A stretch of DNA of 64,000 bases from an uncultured Bacillota bacterium (GCA_963804645.1 CAWDRG010000008.1:32001-96000); one strand, 5' to 3'; shown: positions 18,758 through 29,747, counted from the first letter of the stretch. The notes: a model not told the origin generated them from the letters alone. Numbers and translations are program-made.

Positions 18758-21504
18758 CGCGTCTTGCCTCCGCCGCGCAGCCGCGCGATATACAGGCGCG
18801 CGGCCTCGTTCATCGACGCACCGCGCAGCTTCTCCTCCTCGGCGAAGCGCGCCTCCTCGGCGGCCCACCGGTCCGCGGACGCATACGCGTCGTCCTCGGC
18901 CTGCCGGCCCGGACGGTCGACCCCGCGGCCGCCGAAGACGGCGGCGATCGCCGCCGACAGATCGCCGACCCGCTGCGCGACCGCGGGCACGCGGCGCACC
19001 GTCACCTCCGCGAGCAGCAGTGCCGCCGCGAGGCCGGCGATGGGCGGCCAGCCGTCCGCCTGGCCCTGTCCAGATCCCGGACGGAACGCCTCGTCCGGCG
19101 AGTGCAGGAGGCTTCCCCCGGTCGCCTCGGTGAGCTGGGCGAGCAGCGCCGGATTGCCCCCGGGGTCGCGCAGCTCCGGTGAGTACGGGATCACCAACCC
19201 GCCGGCCCGCGTGCCGACCGCGCCTCCCGCGCCGCGTGCCGCGACCGTCACGGCGTAGGTGCCCGGCACGGCCGCCGGCCAGGTCGCCTCGTAGCGCCCG
19301 GGCGCGGTCTGGGTGACCTCGAGCGGACGGCGCGAGCCGCCCGGCCCCTGGACCGCCGCGGCGACCGTCAACCCGTCCCACGAACTGCCGTCGGGGTGAC
19401 GCGCGTCGAGGATCAGCCTGGCGTCGGAGCCGCGCGGGTCGCGCGCGAGCGACAGGTACAGCCCGGCGCCCTCGTCGCGCAGCGTCCACCGGATCGCCTG
19501 GGACCAGAATCGCGCGGCGTCGGGCCATGCCGCCCACCCCGACGTCCACCGGGCGCCGTCGTCCGAGGTGAACGCGACGGCGCGCCCGAGGCCGTACTGC
19601 CACGTCGCGAGCACCGGATCGCGCCGCGGCCCCTCGAGCGCCACGTCCGCGGTGGGCTTCGCCACCGCGGCGACGTAGCCCGCGATCGGCGGCGGCGTCC
19701 CGACGTCGACGAGCGTCGGCGCCTGACCAACGCGCGCGAGCGGCGTGGGCTCCTCGACGACGTACGACCGGACGGCGATCAGCGCTTCGGTCGTGAAGAT
19801 CTCGGGGATGTCGTAGAAATCCTTCGCCACGTAGGACCGTCCGTTGCCCCAGCGCGCGACGTTCCGCATAAACGTGAGGTCCGCGTCGCTGCCGATCGCG
19901 ACCGTGCTGACCGTGAGCTTCTCGCGGGCCATCTGCGACACGAGCGTGTGGAAATCGCCGGGGTCCGTCAGCCCGTCGCTCATGACGATCACGTGCCGGA
20001 CCTTGGCGGGCGACTTCACCAAGAACCGCTCGGCCCCGACGAGCGGCGGATACATCAGCGTGCCCCCGCCCGCGCTGATCCGGGCGACCTCGTTGAGGAT
20101 GCGGTCCTTGAAGCGGGCTTCCGTCGGCGGCACGAGCCACCGGTACGTCTGATCGAACGTGATCACGCCGATCTGATCGTGCTCGCTCAGGAGATCGATC
20201 GTGGACGACGCGATCTCCTTGGCGAGGTCCTCCTTGGCCAGCTCGGAGCCGAACGCCTCCATGCTGCCCGAGGTGTCGAGCACCAGCACCACCGCGACGG
20301 TCGGGAGCGCGGTCTGCTGGCGGACGTCCATGCGGACCGGCAGGATCGTCTCGAGCGGCGTGCCCGCGTATCTGCCGACGCCGTAGCTGTGGGGCCCGCC
20401 GACGGCGACCAGCCCGCCGCCGAGCGCACCGACGAACGTCTGGAGCCCCTCCTGCTGCGCCGCGCTCAGATCGGACGCGCCGATGTCATCCAGGACGACG
20501 CTGCCGTACGGCGCGAACCCCGTCGGCAGCGTGGGCACCTGATCGGGAGTCCGGACATCGACGCGCAGGCCCTGCCGGGCGAGCGACTCGGGCAGCACGG
20601 TGGGATCCTCGGCCACGAACAGCACGCGGGGCGCGCCGCGCACGACGACCAGCGCCTCGCCGTGGTTGTTCCCGGGCAGGCTGAACGGCGGCGCGGCGAC
20701 GTCGACCCGGTACCGCAGCAGCGACTCGCTCGTCACCCGGTCGGTAAACGACACGGCCGTTTCTCCGGGCGCCACCGCCACGCGGCGTGTCGCGATCGGC
20801 GTGCCGTCCCGGCTCAGGGTCACCGCGGCCTGGACCGGCACCGTGGCACGCAGCACCGCACGCACCTCGTAGGCTTCCCCCACATGCACCTCCGCGGGGG
20901 TGGCCAGGTCGTCGACCAGGATCTCGGGCGGCGCGGTCGCGCCGAGAGGCACCGCGTCGACCGCGATGCCGTCGGCCGCGGCGCGGCGGGCCGCGGCGAC
21001 CGCGTTGCCCGCGTTCTCGGCCCCATCGCTCAGCACGACGATCCGGCGCGCGCCGTCGCGCGGCAGCACGGCGCGCGCCAGATCGATGCCCGCGCCGATG
21101 TCGGTCGCGTCCGGCTCCGGCGCCGTCGCGAGCTCATCGACCCCGAGACGGGGCGCGACCGGCGACTGCAGCAGCGGCTGCCCCGCGAAGGTGACGACGC
21201 CGGCCTCATCGTCCGGGTGCATCCGGGCGAGCGCGTCTCTGACGAATCCCGTCTCCGCACGCGCGTCGTTGGACGTGATGCTGAGCGACCGGTCCGCGAC
21301 GAACGCGACGCGGACGCCCGCCACCGGCACGCGAAGGATCGGTTCGGCGAGCGCCAGCACGAGCAGGGCGAGCAGCGCCGCACGCAGCACCGTCGCGATC
21401 CGCCAACGGCGCCCGACGCGGCGGCGCCCCAGATGCCACACGACCAGCACGAGGGGCAGCAGCAGGAGCCACAGCGGCTGCTGGAAGCCGATCGGCAGCG
21501 TCAC
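18754..21504 (-). CDS. Large membrane protein: two VWA domains plus class I glutamine amidotransferase-like domain
   Basis: N-terminal double TM; MIDAS DRSLS and DTSGS; GGGLVAVGGPHSYG; WQYGLGRAVAFTSD; C-terminal TM. Confidence 0.85.
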   Translation of the reverse strand: MTLPIGFQQPLWLLLLPLVLVVWHLGRRRVGRRWRIATVLRAALLALLVLALAEPILRVPVAGVRVAFVADRSLSITSNDARAETGFVRDALARMHPDDEAGVVTFAGQPLLQSPVAPRLGVDELATAPEPDATDIGAGIDLARAVLPRDGARRIVVLSDGAENAGNAVAAARRAAADGIAVDAVPLGATAPPEILVDDLATPAEVHVGEAYEVRAVLRATVPVQAAVTLSRDGTPIATRRVAVAPGETAVSFTDRVTSESLLRYRVDVAAPPFSLPGNNHGEALVVVRGAPRVLFVAEDPTVLPESLARQGLRVDVRTPDQVPTLPTGFAPYGSVVLDDIGASDLSAAQQEGLQTFVGALGGGLVAVGGPHSYGVGRYAGTPLETILPVRMDVRQQTALPTVAVVLVLDTSGSMEAFGSELAKEDLAKEIASSTIDLLSEHDQIGVITFDQTYRWLVPPTEARFKDRILNEVARISAGGGTLMYPPLVGAERFLVKSPAKVRHVIVMSDGLTDPGDFHTLVSQMAREKLTVSTVAIGSDADLTFMRNVARWGNGRSYVAKDFYDIPEIFTTEALIAVRSYVVEEPTPLARVGQAPTLVDVGTPPPIAGYVAAVAKPTADVALEGPRRDPVLATWQYGLGRAVAFTSDDGARWTSGWAAWPDAARFWSQAIRWTLRDEGAGLYLSLARDPRGSDARLILDARHPDGSSWDGLTVAAAVQGPGGSRRPLEVTQTAPGRYEATWPAAVPGTYAVTVAARGAGGAVGTRAGGLVIPYSPELRDPGGNPALLAQLTEATGGSLLHSPDEAFRPGSGQGQADGWPPIAGLAAALLLAEVTVRRVPAVAQRVGDLSAAIAAVFGGRGVDRPGRQAEDDAYASADRWAAEEARFAEEEKLRGASMNEAARLYIARLRGGGKTR

Positions 21505-23306
21505 GCGTCACCCCCCGAGCGGCGGGTCGCCAGCGCCCACTCCGCCAGCACGGCGGCCACGGCGGCGGCCACCAGCCCGGGCCACAGCGGCACGCGCACG
21601 AGCACGGTCTGGGGCACGCCCGCGGGTCCCTGCACCGGCGCGGCCGAGGTGCCCGCCGGCGCCGACCCGGGGCGGATCACGCTCGCCTGGGGCGCTCCGA
21701 TTTGTGCGGCGAACACGCGGTCCGCGCCGCCCGGAACCGAGAGGCGGTAGAGGCCGGCGTGCACAAGCGGCGGCAGGACGAACACCCCGTCGACCGGCCG
21801 GAGCGCCGCGCGCCCGCCGCCGGGGTCGGTGAGCGTCGCCGCGGGCGCCGCGCCCGCAGGCACCTCCACGTCGTCTCCGACGCGGGCGTCCGCGATCGCG
21901 CCGCCGAGCCACGCGAGGCTGTTCTGCACCAAGATCGGAAACGCCACGTGCAGCGGGAGGTCGGAGTCCTCGAGCGCAAACCCCAGGATCACAATCCGCA
22001 CGCCGCCGCCGTCGTAGGCCCAGACGAGCGGCACGGCACCCTCGGCCAGGACCCGGCCCCCCTCCGGGGCGAGCGCGAGCGCCCGGTCGATCCGCACGCT
22101 GCTGAGGTCCACGAACCGCAGCACCGGGTCGTCGCGATCCCACGCCGCGACGGTCGGGTGCGAGACCACGCCCGAGGCACTCACCGGCAGACCCGACGGC
22201 ACGGTCCCGATCGCGAGGTAGTTCCCCGGCGGCAGCGTCCCGACGTCGACGCGGTCGAGAATCACGATCCCGAACCGGCTCCACGTCGCGGGGGACACCG
22301 TCGCGGTCTCGGCGGCGCGAGCCACCGGCAGCACGCGCAGCATGCCCTCGAGATACGGACTGCCGCGGCTCACAAGCAGGACCGACGGCAGCGGCGTCGG
22401 ATCGATCACCGCCGTCGCCTGGTCATCCGCCGGCAGCAGGTCGTGCACGTCGAGCCGGGCACGGAGCACGCCGGCGCCGGCGACCGGGAACACGGTCGTC
22501 CAGGTGTCCCCCGGCGTGACGGTGACCGTCCGCCGATACACCACGACGTCGCCCAACCGAACCTCGAGGGGGACCTGGCGTGCGGCGCCGCCGTCGTTGG
22601 CGACGCGCACGAGCACCCGCACCCCGTCGGCGTCGCGCAGCACCCGGAACTCGGTAATCGCGACGTTGTCGTCCGAGGTCCCGACGATCCGGTAGGTCAC
22701 CCCGGCCACCGACGGCAGCGCGCCGCGCGCCCCGTCCGTCCACACGAGGACTTGCCCGCCGGGGCCCGGCTGCTGGGCGGCCCCGAGCGTCACCGCCGCG
22801 GCGACGTCTCCCTGGGCGTCCCACGGCGCCGCCGCGCGCAGCGCGCCCGCGAGCGCGCGCCGGTCGTCGGTCAGCGCGGCGAGCAAGAGTGGATGGGGCG
22901 CGGCAAGCACGACCGCTGCCCGCTGCCCCGGCGCGAGGCGCGACACGATCTCGAGCGCCTCGGCGCGGGCCCGGTCGAACCGGGTCGGCGCCACGTCACG
23001 CGCCTGCATCGACAGCGAGCCGTCGAGCACCAGCACGATATCGCGGCCCGCGACGCCCCGGCCGATCACCGCGGGTCGCGCGAGCCCGACGACGAGGCAG
23101 GCGACCGCCAACAACTGCAGCAGGAGCAGGAGGCTCCGCTCAATCCGGCGCGACGGCCGGGACGCGGCCAGCGACGGCGCCGACCGCCGCCACAAGAGGA
23201 TGCTGCTGACCGGCTGCTCCCGGCGCCGGACCCGCAGCAGATAGAGCAGCACGAACAGCGGCAGGGCCAGCAGCCCCCACAGCGCCGCCGGAGCGCCGAA
23301 CGTCAC
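21501..23306 (-). CDS. BatA N-terminal + VWA domain membrane protein
   Basis: MTFGAPAALWGLLALP..LYLL..VSSILLW..LARP BatA pattern, MIDAS DGSLS, FPILVQNSLAWL, C-terminal TM. Confidence 0.85.
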   Translation of the reverse strand: MTFGAPAALWGLLALPLFVLLYLLRVRRREQPVSSILLWRRSAPSLAASRPSRRIERSLLLLLQLLAVACLVVGLARPAVIGRGVAGRDIVLVLDGSLSMQARDVAPTRFDRARAEALEIVSRLAPGQRAAVVLAAPHPLLLAALTDDRRALAGALRAAAPWDAQGDVAAAVTLGAAQQPGPGGQVLVWTDGARGALPSVAGVTYRIVGTSDDNVAITEFRVLRDADGVRVLVRVANDGGAARQVPLEVRLGDVVVYRRTVTVTPGDTWTTVFPVAGAGVLRARLDVHDLLPADDQATAVIDPTPLPSVLLVSRGSPYLEGMLRVLPVARAAETATVSPATWSRFGIVILDRVDVGTLPPGNYLAIGTVPSGLPVSASGVVSHPTVAAWDRDDPVLRFVDLSSVRIDRALALAPEGGRVLAEGAVPLVWAYDGGGVRIVILGFALEDSDLPLHVAFPILVQNSLAWLGGAIADARVGDDVEVPAGAAPAATLTDPGGGRAALRPVDGVFVLPPLVHAGLYRLSVPGGADRVFAAQIGAPQASVIRPGSAPAGTSAAPVQGPAGVPQTVLVRVPLWPGLVAAAVAAVLAEWALATRRSGGDA

Positions 23307-24217
23307 CGGACGAGGCCCCCCTGCCGCAGATAGCGGAGGATCAACAGATCGACGGGCACCGAGGATGCCGTGCGCACGTAGTCGATCCGGTGCCGGAAGC
23401 AGAAGCGTTCGAGATCACGGAAGTAGGCGTCGCGCGCCGCGGCGTACTCGCGCAGCGCCTCCGCGTCCACCGACAGCTCGATCGCGCGCCCGGTTTCGAC
23501 GTCGACGAGCCGCAGCTCGCCCGACAACTGCGGGGCGATCTCCTCATCCGCGAGCACGTGGATCACGAACGTTTGGAACCGGTGGTGGCGCGCCTGCAGC
23601 AGGGCGTGCTCGTACCCGTGCGGGTCCAGCAGATCGGAGAGCAGAACTAGGAGGCCGCCCCGGCGCTGCTCGCCGAGATCGCGGGTCAGCGCCTGGCCGA
23701 GGTTCGTCTCGCCGCTCGGGGTCAACCGGTCGAGAAAGCGCAAGAGATCGAACGCGCGGCCGCGCCCGCGCAGCCGGGGCAGGTGCGGACCCCGGTCGGA
23801 GGCCACGGCGGTCACGGTGACCCGGTCGAGGTTGCTGAGCCCGATGTACCCGATCGCCGCGGCGACCCGCTTCGCCAGCGCGAGCTTGCTCGGGGTACCG
23901 GCGGCCATCGACGCGCTCGTGTCCACGACGAGGCGGACCTCGAGATCCTCCTCTTCGCTGAACAGCTTCACGAAGATCCGGTCGAGGCGGGAGACGATGT
24001 TCCAGTCGATGTAGCGGTAGTCATCGCCCGGCTCGTAGGGCCGGTAGTCGTCGAACTCGATGCCGCGCCCCTTCACGATGCTGCGGCGCTCTCCGCGCAG
24101 CTGCCCCTGCACTCGGCGCCGGCTGATCAGGCTCAGCGTTTCGAGGCGCTGGAGAAACGCCGGGTCAAACAGGCGCGCATCCTGCGCGTCAGATTCCGGA
24201 GGGACCGGCAGGGACAT
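23303..24217 (-). CDS. DUF58 family protein
   Basis: GIEFDDYRPYEPGDDYRYIDWN, VKLFSEEE, DTSASM, LSDLL. Confidence 0.93.
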   Translation of the reverse strand: MSLPVPPESDAQDARLFDPAFLQRLETLSLISRRRVQGQLRGERRSIVKGRGIEFDDYRPYEPGDDYRYIDWNIVSRLDRIFVKLFSEEEDLEVRLVVDTSASMAAGTPSKLALAKRVAAAIGYIGLSNLDRVTVTAVASDRGPHLPRLRGRGRAFDLLRFLDRLTPSGETNLGQALTRDLGEQRRGGLLVLLSDLLDPHGYEHALLQARHHRFQTFVIHVLADEEIAPQLSGELRLVDVETGRAIELSVDAEALREYAAARDAYFRDLERFCFRHRIDYVRTASSVPVDLLILRYLRQGGLVR

Positions 24218-24225
24218 CCGCCGGC

Positions 24226-25239
24226 CTACGCGCCGCCGGCGGCCGACGCGGCCGCGCCGACCTCGTTGATCGCCGCACGCAGCAGGTCGTCCGGATCCGC
24301 GCCCTCGGCCTCTCCCTCGAAGTTCATGATCAACCGGTGCCGCAGCGCGGGCAGCGCGAGCGCCTGGATGTCCTCGATCGACACGTTGAAGCGCCCCTCG
24401 GCGAGCGCGCGCACCTTGCCCGCCCGGATCAGCGCCTGCAGTCCGCGCGGGCTCGCGCCGTAGCGGATGAAGCGCTTGGCGCCGGCCGACGCGCCCGGAG
24501 TGTCGCCGTGGGTCGCGAGCACGAGCCGCGCCGCGTAGTGCTGCACGTGGGCCGCCGCCGGCACCTGACGCGCGGTCGCCTGCATGGCGCGCACGGCGGT
24601 GCCGTCGAGGACTTGGTGCGCGACGGGCTCCTCGGGCCCGGTCGTCCGCTCGGCGATCGCGCTCAACTCCTCGAGGCTCGGAAACGGCACGCGCAGCTTG
24701 AACAGAAACCGGTCGAGCTGCGCCTCCGGCAGCGGATAAGTGCCCTCCATCTCGATCGGATTCTGCGTGGCGAGCACGAAAAACGGACGCTCGAGCGGCC
24801 GGGATTCCCCGGCCGTCGAGACCGCGTGCTCCTGCATCGCTTCGAGGAGCGCGGACTGCGTCTTCGGCGTCGCCCGGTTGATCTCGTCCGCGAGCACGAT
24901 CTGGGCGAACACCGGGCCGGGCTGGAACTCGAACCGGCGGCGCCCGGCCTCGTCCTGCACGATCAGGTTCGTGCCGAGGATGTCCGCGGGCATCAGGTCC
25001 GGCGTGAACTGGATCCGCGAGAAGCGCAGGTCCAGCGCCTGCGCGAGCGTGCGCACGAGCAGCGTCTTGCCGAGCCCCGGGACGCCCTCGAGCAGCACGT
25101 GCCCGTCGGCCATCAGCGCGGTCACCACCAAGTCCAGCAGCGGCTCGTGCCCGACGATCACCCGGCCGAGCTCCTCACGCACCGCCGCGTACCCTCGGCG
25201 AAACTCCTCCACCTCGCGCGATCCGGCGAGATCCGTCAC
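24226..25239 (-). CDS. MoxR family AAA+ ATPase
   Basis: LEGVPGLGKT, RIQFTPDLMPADI, DEINRATPKTQSALLEAMQE, TQNPIEMEGTYPLPEAQLDRF. Confidence 0.96.
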   Translation of the reverse strand: MTDLAGSREVEEFRRGYAAVREELGRVIVGHEPLLDLVVTALMADGHVLLEGVPGLGKTLLVRTLAQALDLRFSRIQFTPDLMPADILGTNLIVQDEAGRRRFEFQPGPVFAQIVLADEINRATPKTQSALLEAMQEHAVSTAGESRPLERPFFVLATQNPIEMEGTYPLPEAQLDRFLFKLRVPFPSLEELSAIAERTTGPEEPVAHQVLDGTAVRAMQATARQVPAAAHVQHYAARLVLATHGDTPGASAGAKRFIRYGASPRGLQALIRAGKVRALAEGRFNVSIEDIQALALPALRHRLIMNFEGEAEGADPDDLLRAAINEVGAAASAAGGA

Positions 25240-26816
25240 GGCGTGCCTCCCAGCGTCTCGAAGTACTGGCGGATCAGCGTGAGGTACGCGGGCGGCAGCG
25301 GCGCCTGCGACATCGCCCGGTCGATCTCGCGGGTAACCGCTGGAGAGGTGCGCCCCGCCGGCAGCCGCGATGCCCCGGCCTGGCCGGGCGCGACGATCTC
25401 CTTGATCGTCGACGGCCCTTCGCCCTGGATCCCCGGGAGGTGCTCCTCGGCGCGCGTGGCGCGAATCCGCGGGCTCGGCGCGCCCAGACGGCCGCCGGTC
25501 CCCTTCCCGGGCAGGCTGCCCTGGTTCGGGCCGGGCGGCGCCGGCGGTCCGGCGTCGCTGCTCGGCTCGGTCGGGGCGTTCGGCCCGGACGCCGTCGGCG
25601 GCGGCGCGCTCTTCGACGATCCCGTCTCGGGCGTCGTGTCGGAGCCGCCAGTCGGCGCGGCGTCCGCGATCCGCGAGGCGGAGCTCTGAACGTCCTTGCT
25701 CGCCTCTCCCAGCATCTCGTCGTCTCCGGCCATCTGCTCCATGTCCTGCAGATTCTCAAGCGCCTCGTTGAGCGCACCCGACGCGGCCGCCGGATGCCCC
25801 GCCGCGGCTTCCTGACGCGCCTTGGCGACGGCCTGCCGGGTCGAGACCGGGGCGTTCATCTGATCGAGCGAGTCCGACAGCGCCTGCATCTGGGACGACA
25901 GCTGCCGCGGGTCGACCGGACTGCCGCCCCGCTCGAGCTGTCCGGTGAGCTGGCGCACCTGGCGCACCGCGGCGCTCAGGCGCTCGAGCCGCTGCGCCGG
26001 GGTCTCGTTGGCTTGGGGCGTCGCCGGCGACACGGTTCCCCCGGTGCGGGTCTGCGAGAGCGCCGCGTCGAGCTGCCGCTGCACCTGCTGCTGCGCCGCG
26101 CTCAGCTGGCGGTCCGTGTCGCGCAGCAGCGCAAGCGCCTGCTGGCGGTCGATGCGGGACGATTCCAGCCGCTGGCCCAGCTCCTCGAGCCGCGGCGCCG
26201 CGCGTTGGGTCTCGGGCAGCCCGCGCGAGCGCGCCGCCGCTTCAAGCTGCCGGCCGGCCCCCGCGATCGCCTGTCCCTCTTGGTGGATGGCAGCCGCCAC
26301 TCTTGCCGAAGGCGTCGCGGGCAGCGACCACCCCATGAGCAGCCGCGCCCACACGAGCAATACGACGCACGCGGCCGCGGCCAGGCCGGCGTCGCGCGGC
26401 ACTCGAACCGGCGCGACGTCCCGCGGGACGACCGTATGGGACACCGCCATCGCATCCGAGATCTGCAGACGCGCGAGGCCGAGCGGAGGCGTGGGCCGGG
26501 CGAGCAGTTCGAGGGCCGTGCTCAGGCGGTCCGCAAGCCCGGCGCCCCGATCGGCGATCTGCGCGGCCTGCGCCAGCGGCGGCCGGAGCCGCCACGACAG
26601 CACCACGAACGCCAGGGCGAGTGCGCCGCCGAGGCCACCCGCCAGCCGGGCGAGCGGAAACGGCACCGGGATCACCGCGGTGAGCAGCGCCCACACGACG
26701 AGGCCCGCCCCGCAGACGGCCGCGCCGCGCGCGACGATCGCGGCGGCCGCGGCCACGCCCCGCCGGAACGCGACGCGGCGCAGCAGCGTCCGAAGCACCA
26801 TGTACTCGTGGCTCAC
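25236..26816 (-). CDS. Membrane-anchored coiled-coil protein with low-complexity tail
   Basis: Three TMs, LADRLSTALEL motif, Q/A-rich helices, terminal LPPAYLTLIRQYF; GTGA overlaps on both sides. Confidence 0.75.
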   Translation of the reverse strand: MSHEYMVLRTLLRRVAFRRGVAAAAAIVARGAAVCGAGLVVWALLTAVIPVPFPLARLAGGLGGALALAFVVLSWRLRPPLAQAAQIADRGAGLADRLSTALELLARPTPPLGLARLQISDAMAVSHTVVPRDVAPVRVPRDAGLAAAACVVLLVWARLLMGWSLPATPSARVAAAIHQEGQAIAGAGRQLEAAARSRGLPETQRAAPRLEELGQRLESSRIDRQQALALLRDTDRQLSAAQQQVQRQLDAALSQTRTGGTVSPATPQANETPAQRLERLSAAVRQVRQLTGQLERGGSPVDPRQLSSQMQALSDSLDQMNAPVSTRQAVAKARQEAAAGHPAAASGALNEALENLQDMEQMAGDDEMLGEASKDVQSSASRIADAAPTGGSDTTPETGSSKSAPPPTASGPNAPTEPSSDAGPPAPPGPNQGSLPGKGTGGRLGAPSPRIRATRAEEHLPGIQGEGPSTIKEIVAPGQAGASRLPAGRTSPAVTREIDRAMSQAPLPPAYLTLIRQYFETLGGTP

Positions 26817-27517
26817 GACGCTCCGTACCTCCGGAGTGCGAGCTGCGCGAGACCGCCCGCCGCGAGCCCGAGCGCCGCGTAGACGATCACGGCCTGCACG
26901 GGAAACGCGCCGCCGGCCGCGCGCGCCACGGCGACGATCGGGTTCAGCCACTGCTGATCCACCGGCAGCGCGAGGGTGGCGACAAACAGCGCGAGCAGCG
27001 TCGTCCAGTGCACCACCGCGCGCGAAAACTCAGAGTCGATGACGATGCTGTAGAGCAGTCCGAGCTGCGCGATGCCCCACGCCTCGATCGCGACCAGCGC
27101 GGACACGGCCGCGAGCATCGCCACCGAACCCTGCCGGATCCCGATGGCGAGAATCAGCAGCGGAGACCCGAGCAGCAGCCAGTAGACGATCGTCGCCAGC
27201 GACGCGAGGCTCTTCCCCACGACGATCATCCGCCGCGGGAAGGGCCCGAACGCGAGGTCCACCGAGGGCCGCTCGCCCTCGACCGCGATCTCCTGCGCCG
27301 CGCAGGCCGACGCAAAGTAGGTCACGAGCACCCCCTGCACGCCGAGCAGCGCGAGCCCCAGGCTGGTTTGGTTGGACACCTCGGGCCGGTTCAGTTCGGG
27401 CGGAAGGCCGAGCAGCGTGAGCAGCCCGAGGATCCCGAGGTAGAAGAACTCGATAGCGAGGACCTTGCGGCTGGCCCCTCGAGCCCGGAGATCCCCGCGC
27501 AGAACGGCGTTGCCCAC
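26813..27517 (-). CDS. ABC-2 permease-like membrane protein
   Basis: About six TMs; IAVEGERPSVDL..P..IVVGK resembles ABC-2 permease motif. Confidence 0.65.
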   Translation of the reverse strand: MGNAVLRGDLRARGASRKVLAIEFFYLGILGLLTLLGLPPELNRPEVSNQTSLGLALLGVQGVLVTYFASACAAQEIAVEGERPSVDLAFGPFPRRMIVVGKSLASLATIVYWLLLGSPLLILAIGIRQGSVAMLAAVSALVAIEAWGIAQLGLLYSIVIDSEFSRAVVHWTTLLALFVATLALPVDQQWLNPIVAVARAAGGAFPVQAVIVYAALGLAAGGLAQLALRRYGAS

Positions 27518-27522
27518 CGCGG

Positions 27523-29323
27523 CTATCGCCCTGCCACCGGCAGCAGCAGGATCGCGGGGCGCGCATCGACCGTTCCGCCGTCCGCCAAGTCAAACACAGG
27601 CACGGTGTGCGGGATCTCCCCTACGAGGATCGGCGTTGTGGGGTTCATTATAACATCGCCCGTAGACGCCTGGAAGATCCACGCGCGGACCGGGGTGTGG
27701 CTGTCGATCTCCGTCAGCGACACCCATCGCGACGGATCCATCGCGTGCGTCGACGCCCCCGGCGGGAGGTCGCCCGAACCGGTAGGTGCGCGCGCCCCAA
27801 CGCAGCTCCGCGCGCCGGACCGGTTCGGGGCCGACATCGACCGTCAGCGTGCGCCCGTCCGCGGTGATCTCCGCGCGCGCCGCGAACTGCGCAAGGGCGA
27901 GCGACTGGAACGCGCGCATCTCCGCGCCCGCCGGCAGCGTGCCTTCCAGCACGGTGCCGGTGTCGGCGACCGTGGCGCGCAGATCGCCCGAGGCCGCGGC
28001 CGGGCCGACCACCTCCCGCGGGGCGCCGCGCACGCGGTACGGTCCACCGTACGGGACCGACACGACCGCCACGGTCAGCGCGCGGGCCGCGTCGGTCCCC
28101 GGTGCGGCTTCGAAAAACGTGACCTCCGCGACCGACGTCGACCGGCCGCGCACGTCGCCGGCGAGCAGCCAAAACACGGCCAGCGCGATCACGACGACCC
28201 CCACGGAGGCCAGCGCGCCCGCGCCCGGGGCGCGGCGCCGCGCGATCAGGTAGAGCACGCCCAGGTAGGCGACGATCGCGCCCGCCACCAGCGCGTGCAC
28301 CCCCGGCCCGATCGGGGTGCCGTTCGGCAGCAGGTCCGCGACGCTCGAGACATTGACGAGCGGCCTGGACGGCGGCCCGAGCGCCCCCACCCACAGCCCC
28401 TGGCGGCCCGCCCATCCGGCCACCGGGGGCTGCCACGGATCGACGCCCCACACCGCGACCCATCCCAGCCCGACGGCGGCGCTGGCGATCACCGGGATCC
28501 CGCCGAGGCGCGTCACCGTGGCGCCGGGGCGCGGCGCGAGGGCCGTCACCGTGTACGGCCCCGGCGGCCACGCGGCGCCCGGGGACGCGGTCGCTCCGCC
28601 GGACACCGTCAACGACCGGACGTCCCCGGCGTCGGCCGGCAGGATGTCGTCGAGAAACGCGGGCGCCGGGACGCCCTGGCGCACGATCACGACCAGGCGC
28701 CCGCCGAGGCGCACCCATGTCGCGAGCGCGTCGCGCTGCTCGTCGTCGAGGCGCGCCGGGTCCAGATCCCGGATCACGAGCAGGTCGACGGCCCCGTACT
28801 CCTGCCAGCGGTGCGGCAGCGCGTCCGCGTCGGCGTACGCGGGGACGACCCGCTCGTCAAGGCGCGAGAGTGAATCCAGACCGGCGTGCTCGTCGGAGAG
28901 CGTGACGACCACGCGGCCGCCGACGAGCGAGGGGGTAATCGGCACGACGCGGCGCGCTACCTCGCGACCGGCCATGAGGACGCGCACCACCAGCGGTTGT
29001 CGGATATTGCCGAGCACCACGGGAACATCGAACGATTGCAGCGCACCGGGCTCGGCCTCAAACGGCACCACCGTCGTGTCGGTCACCGGGCCGGCCTGTG
29101 GGCCCATCGCCGGGGCGTCGATCACGAGCGACGCGGGGCCCGCCTCCGGCAGCAGCGAGACCGCGACCCGCACCGGCACCGGGACGCCGACCCGCACCGC
29201 GCCGGCGAATCCCACGCGCACGTCGAGCCCGCCCGCCTGCGCCGCCGCCGCGGGCCGGGCCAGCAGCAGGACCCCACAAAGCACAGCGAGGGCATGGCCC
29301 GAGAGCCATGCCCTCGTCCGCAC
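27523..29323 (-). CDS. Exported/membrane hypothetical protein with GATase-like domain; +1 frameshift at ~27774
   Basis: Signal peptide, LPHRWQEYGAVDLLVI..WVRLGGRLVV, two TMs; removing one G from GGG joins TYRFG to DLPPGAS in the 27523 frame. Confidence 0.65.
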
Positions 29324-29330
29324 CGATCGA

Positions 29331-29666
29331 CTAGGACGACTTGGCCCCGGCACTGGGCGCCACGGGCGTCGTGGACTTCTTGTCGCTGCCGCCGGCGGCG
29401 CCGTCACTGCTCCCCGAAGTGCTGGATGTCGTCGACGCAGCCGGCGCCGGCGCGGCCGGCTTCTTGGCGTCGCCCTCGACCGGCGCGGGCGTCTTGCGAT
29501 AGTCGTTGATGTGGAATCCCGATCCCTTGAAGATGATCCCGACCGGAGAGAACACCTTGCGCACTGGACCGCCGCAGCGCTCACAGCGCTCAACCGTCCC
29601 GCTGACGCCGTGCGTCACTTCGAACTGGTGGCCGCATTTCGTGCACTTGTATTCGTAGAGCGGCAT
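29331..29666 (-). CDS. FmdB family zinc-ribbon protein
   Basis: MPLYEYKCTKCG..CERCGG..FKGSGFHINDY, low-complexity tail; GGAGGTGA RBS. Confidence 0.93.
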   Translation of the reverse strand: MPLYEYKCTKCGHQFEVTHGVSGTVERCERCGGPVRKVFSPVGIIFKGSGFHINDYRKTPAPVEGDAKKPAAPAPAASTTSSTSGSSDGAAGGSDKKSTTPVAPSAGAKSS

Positions 29667-29747
29667 CCGTCACCTCCAACGCCGCACATGCTGCGGCCCC
29701 GCCCGCGCGGCGGGCAGGGCCGCCATGCGCTTCCGATACCTCTTCTT

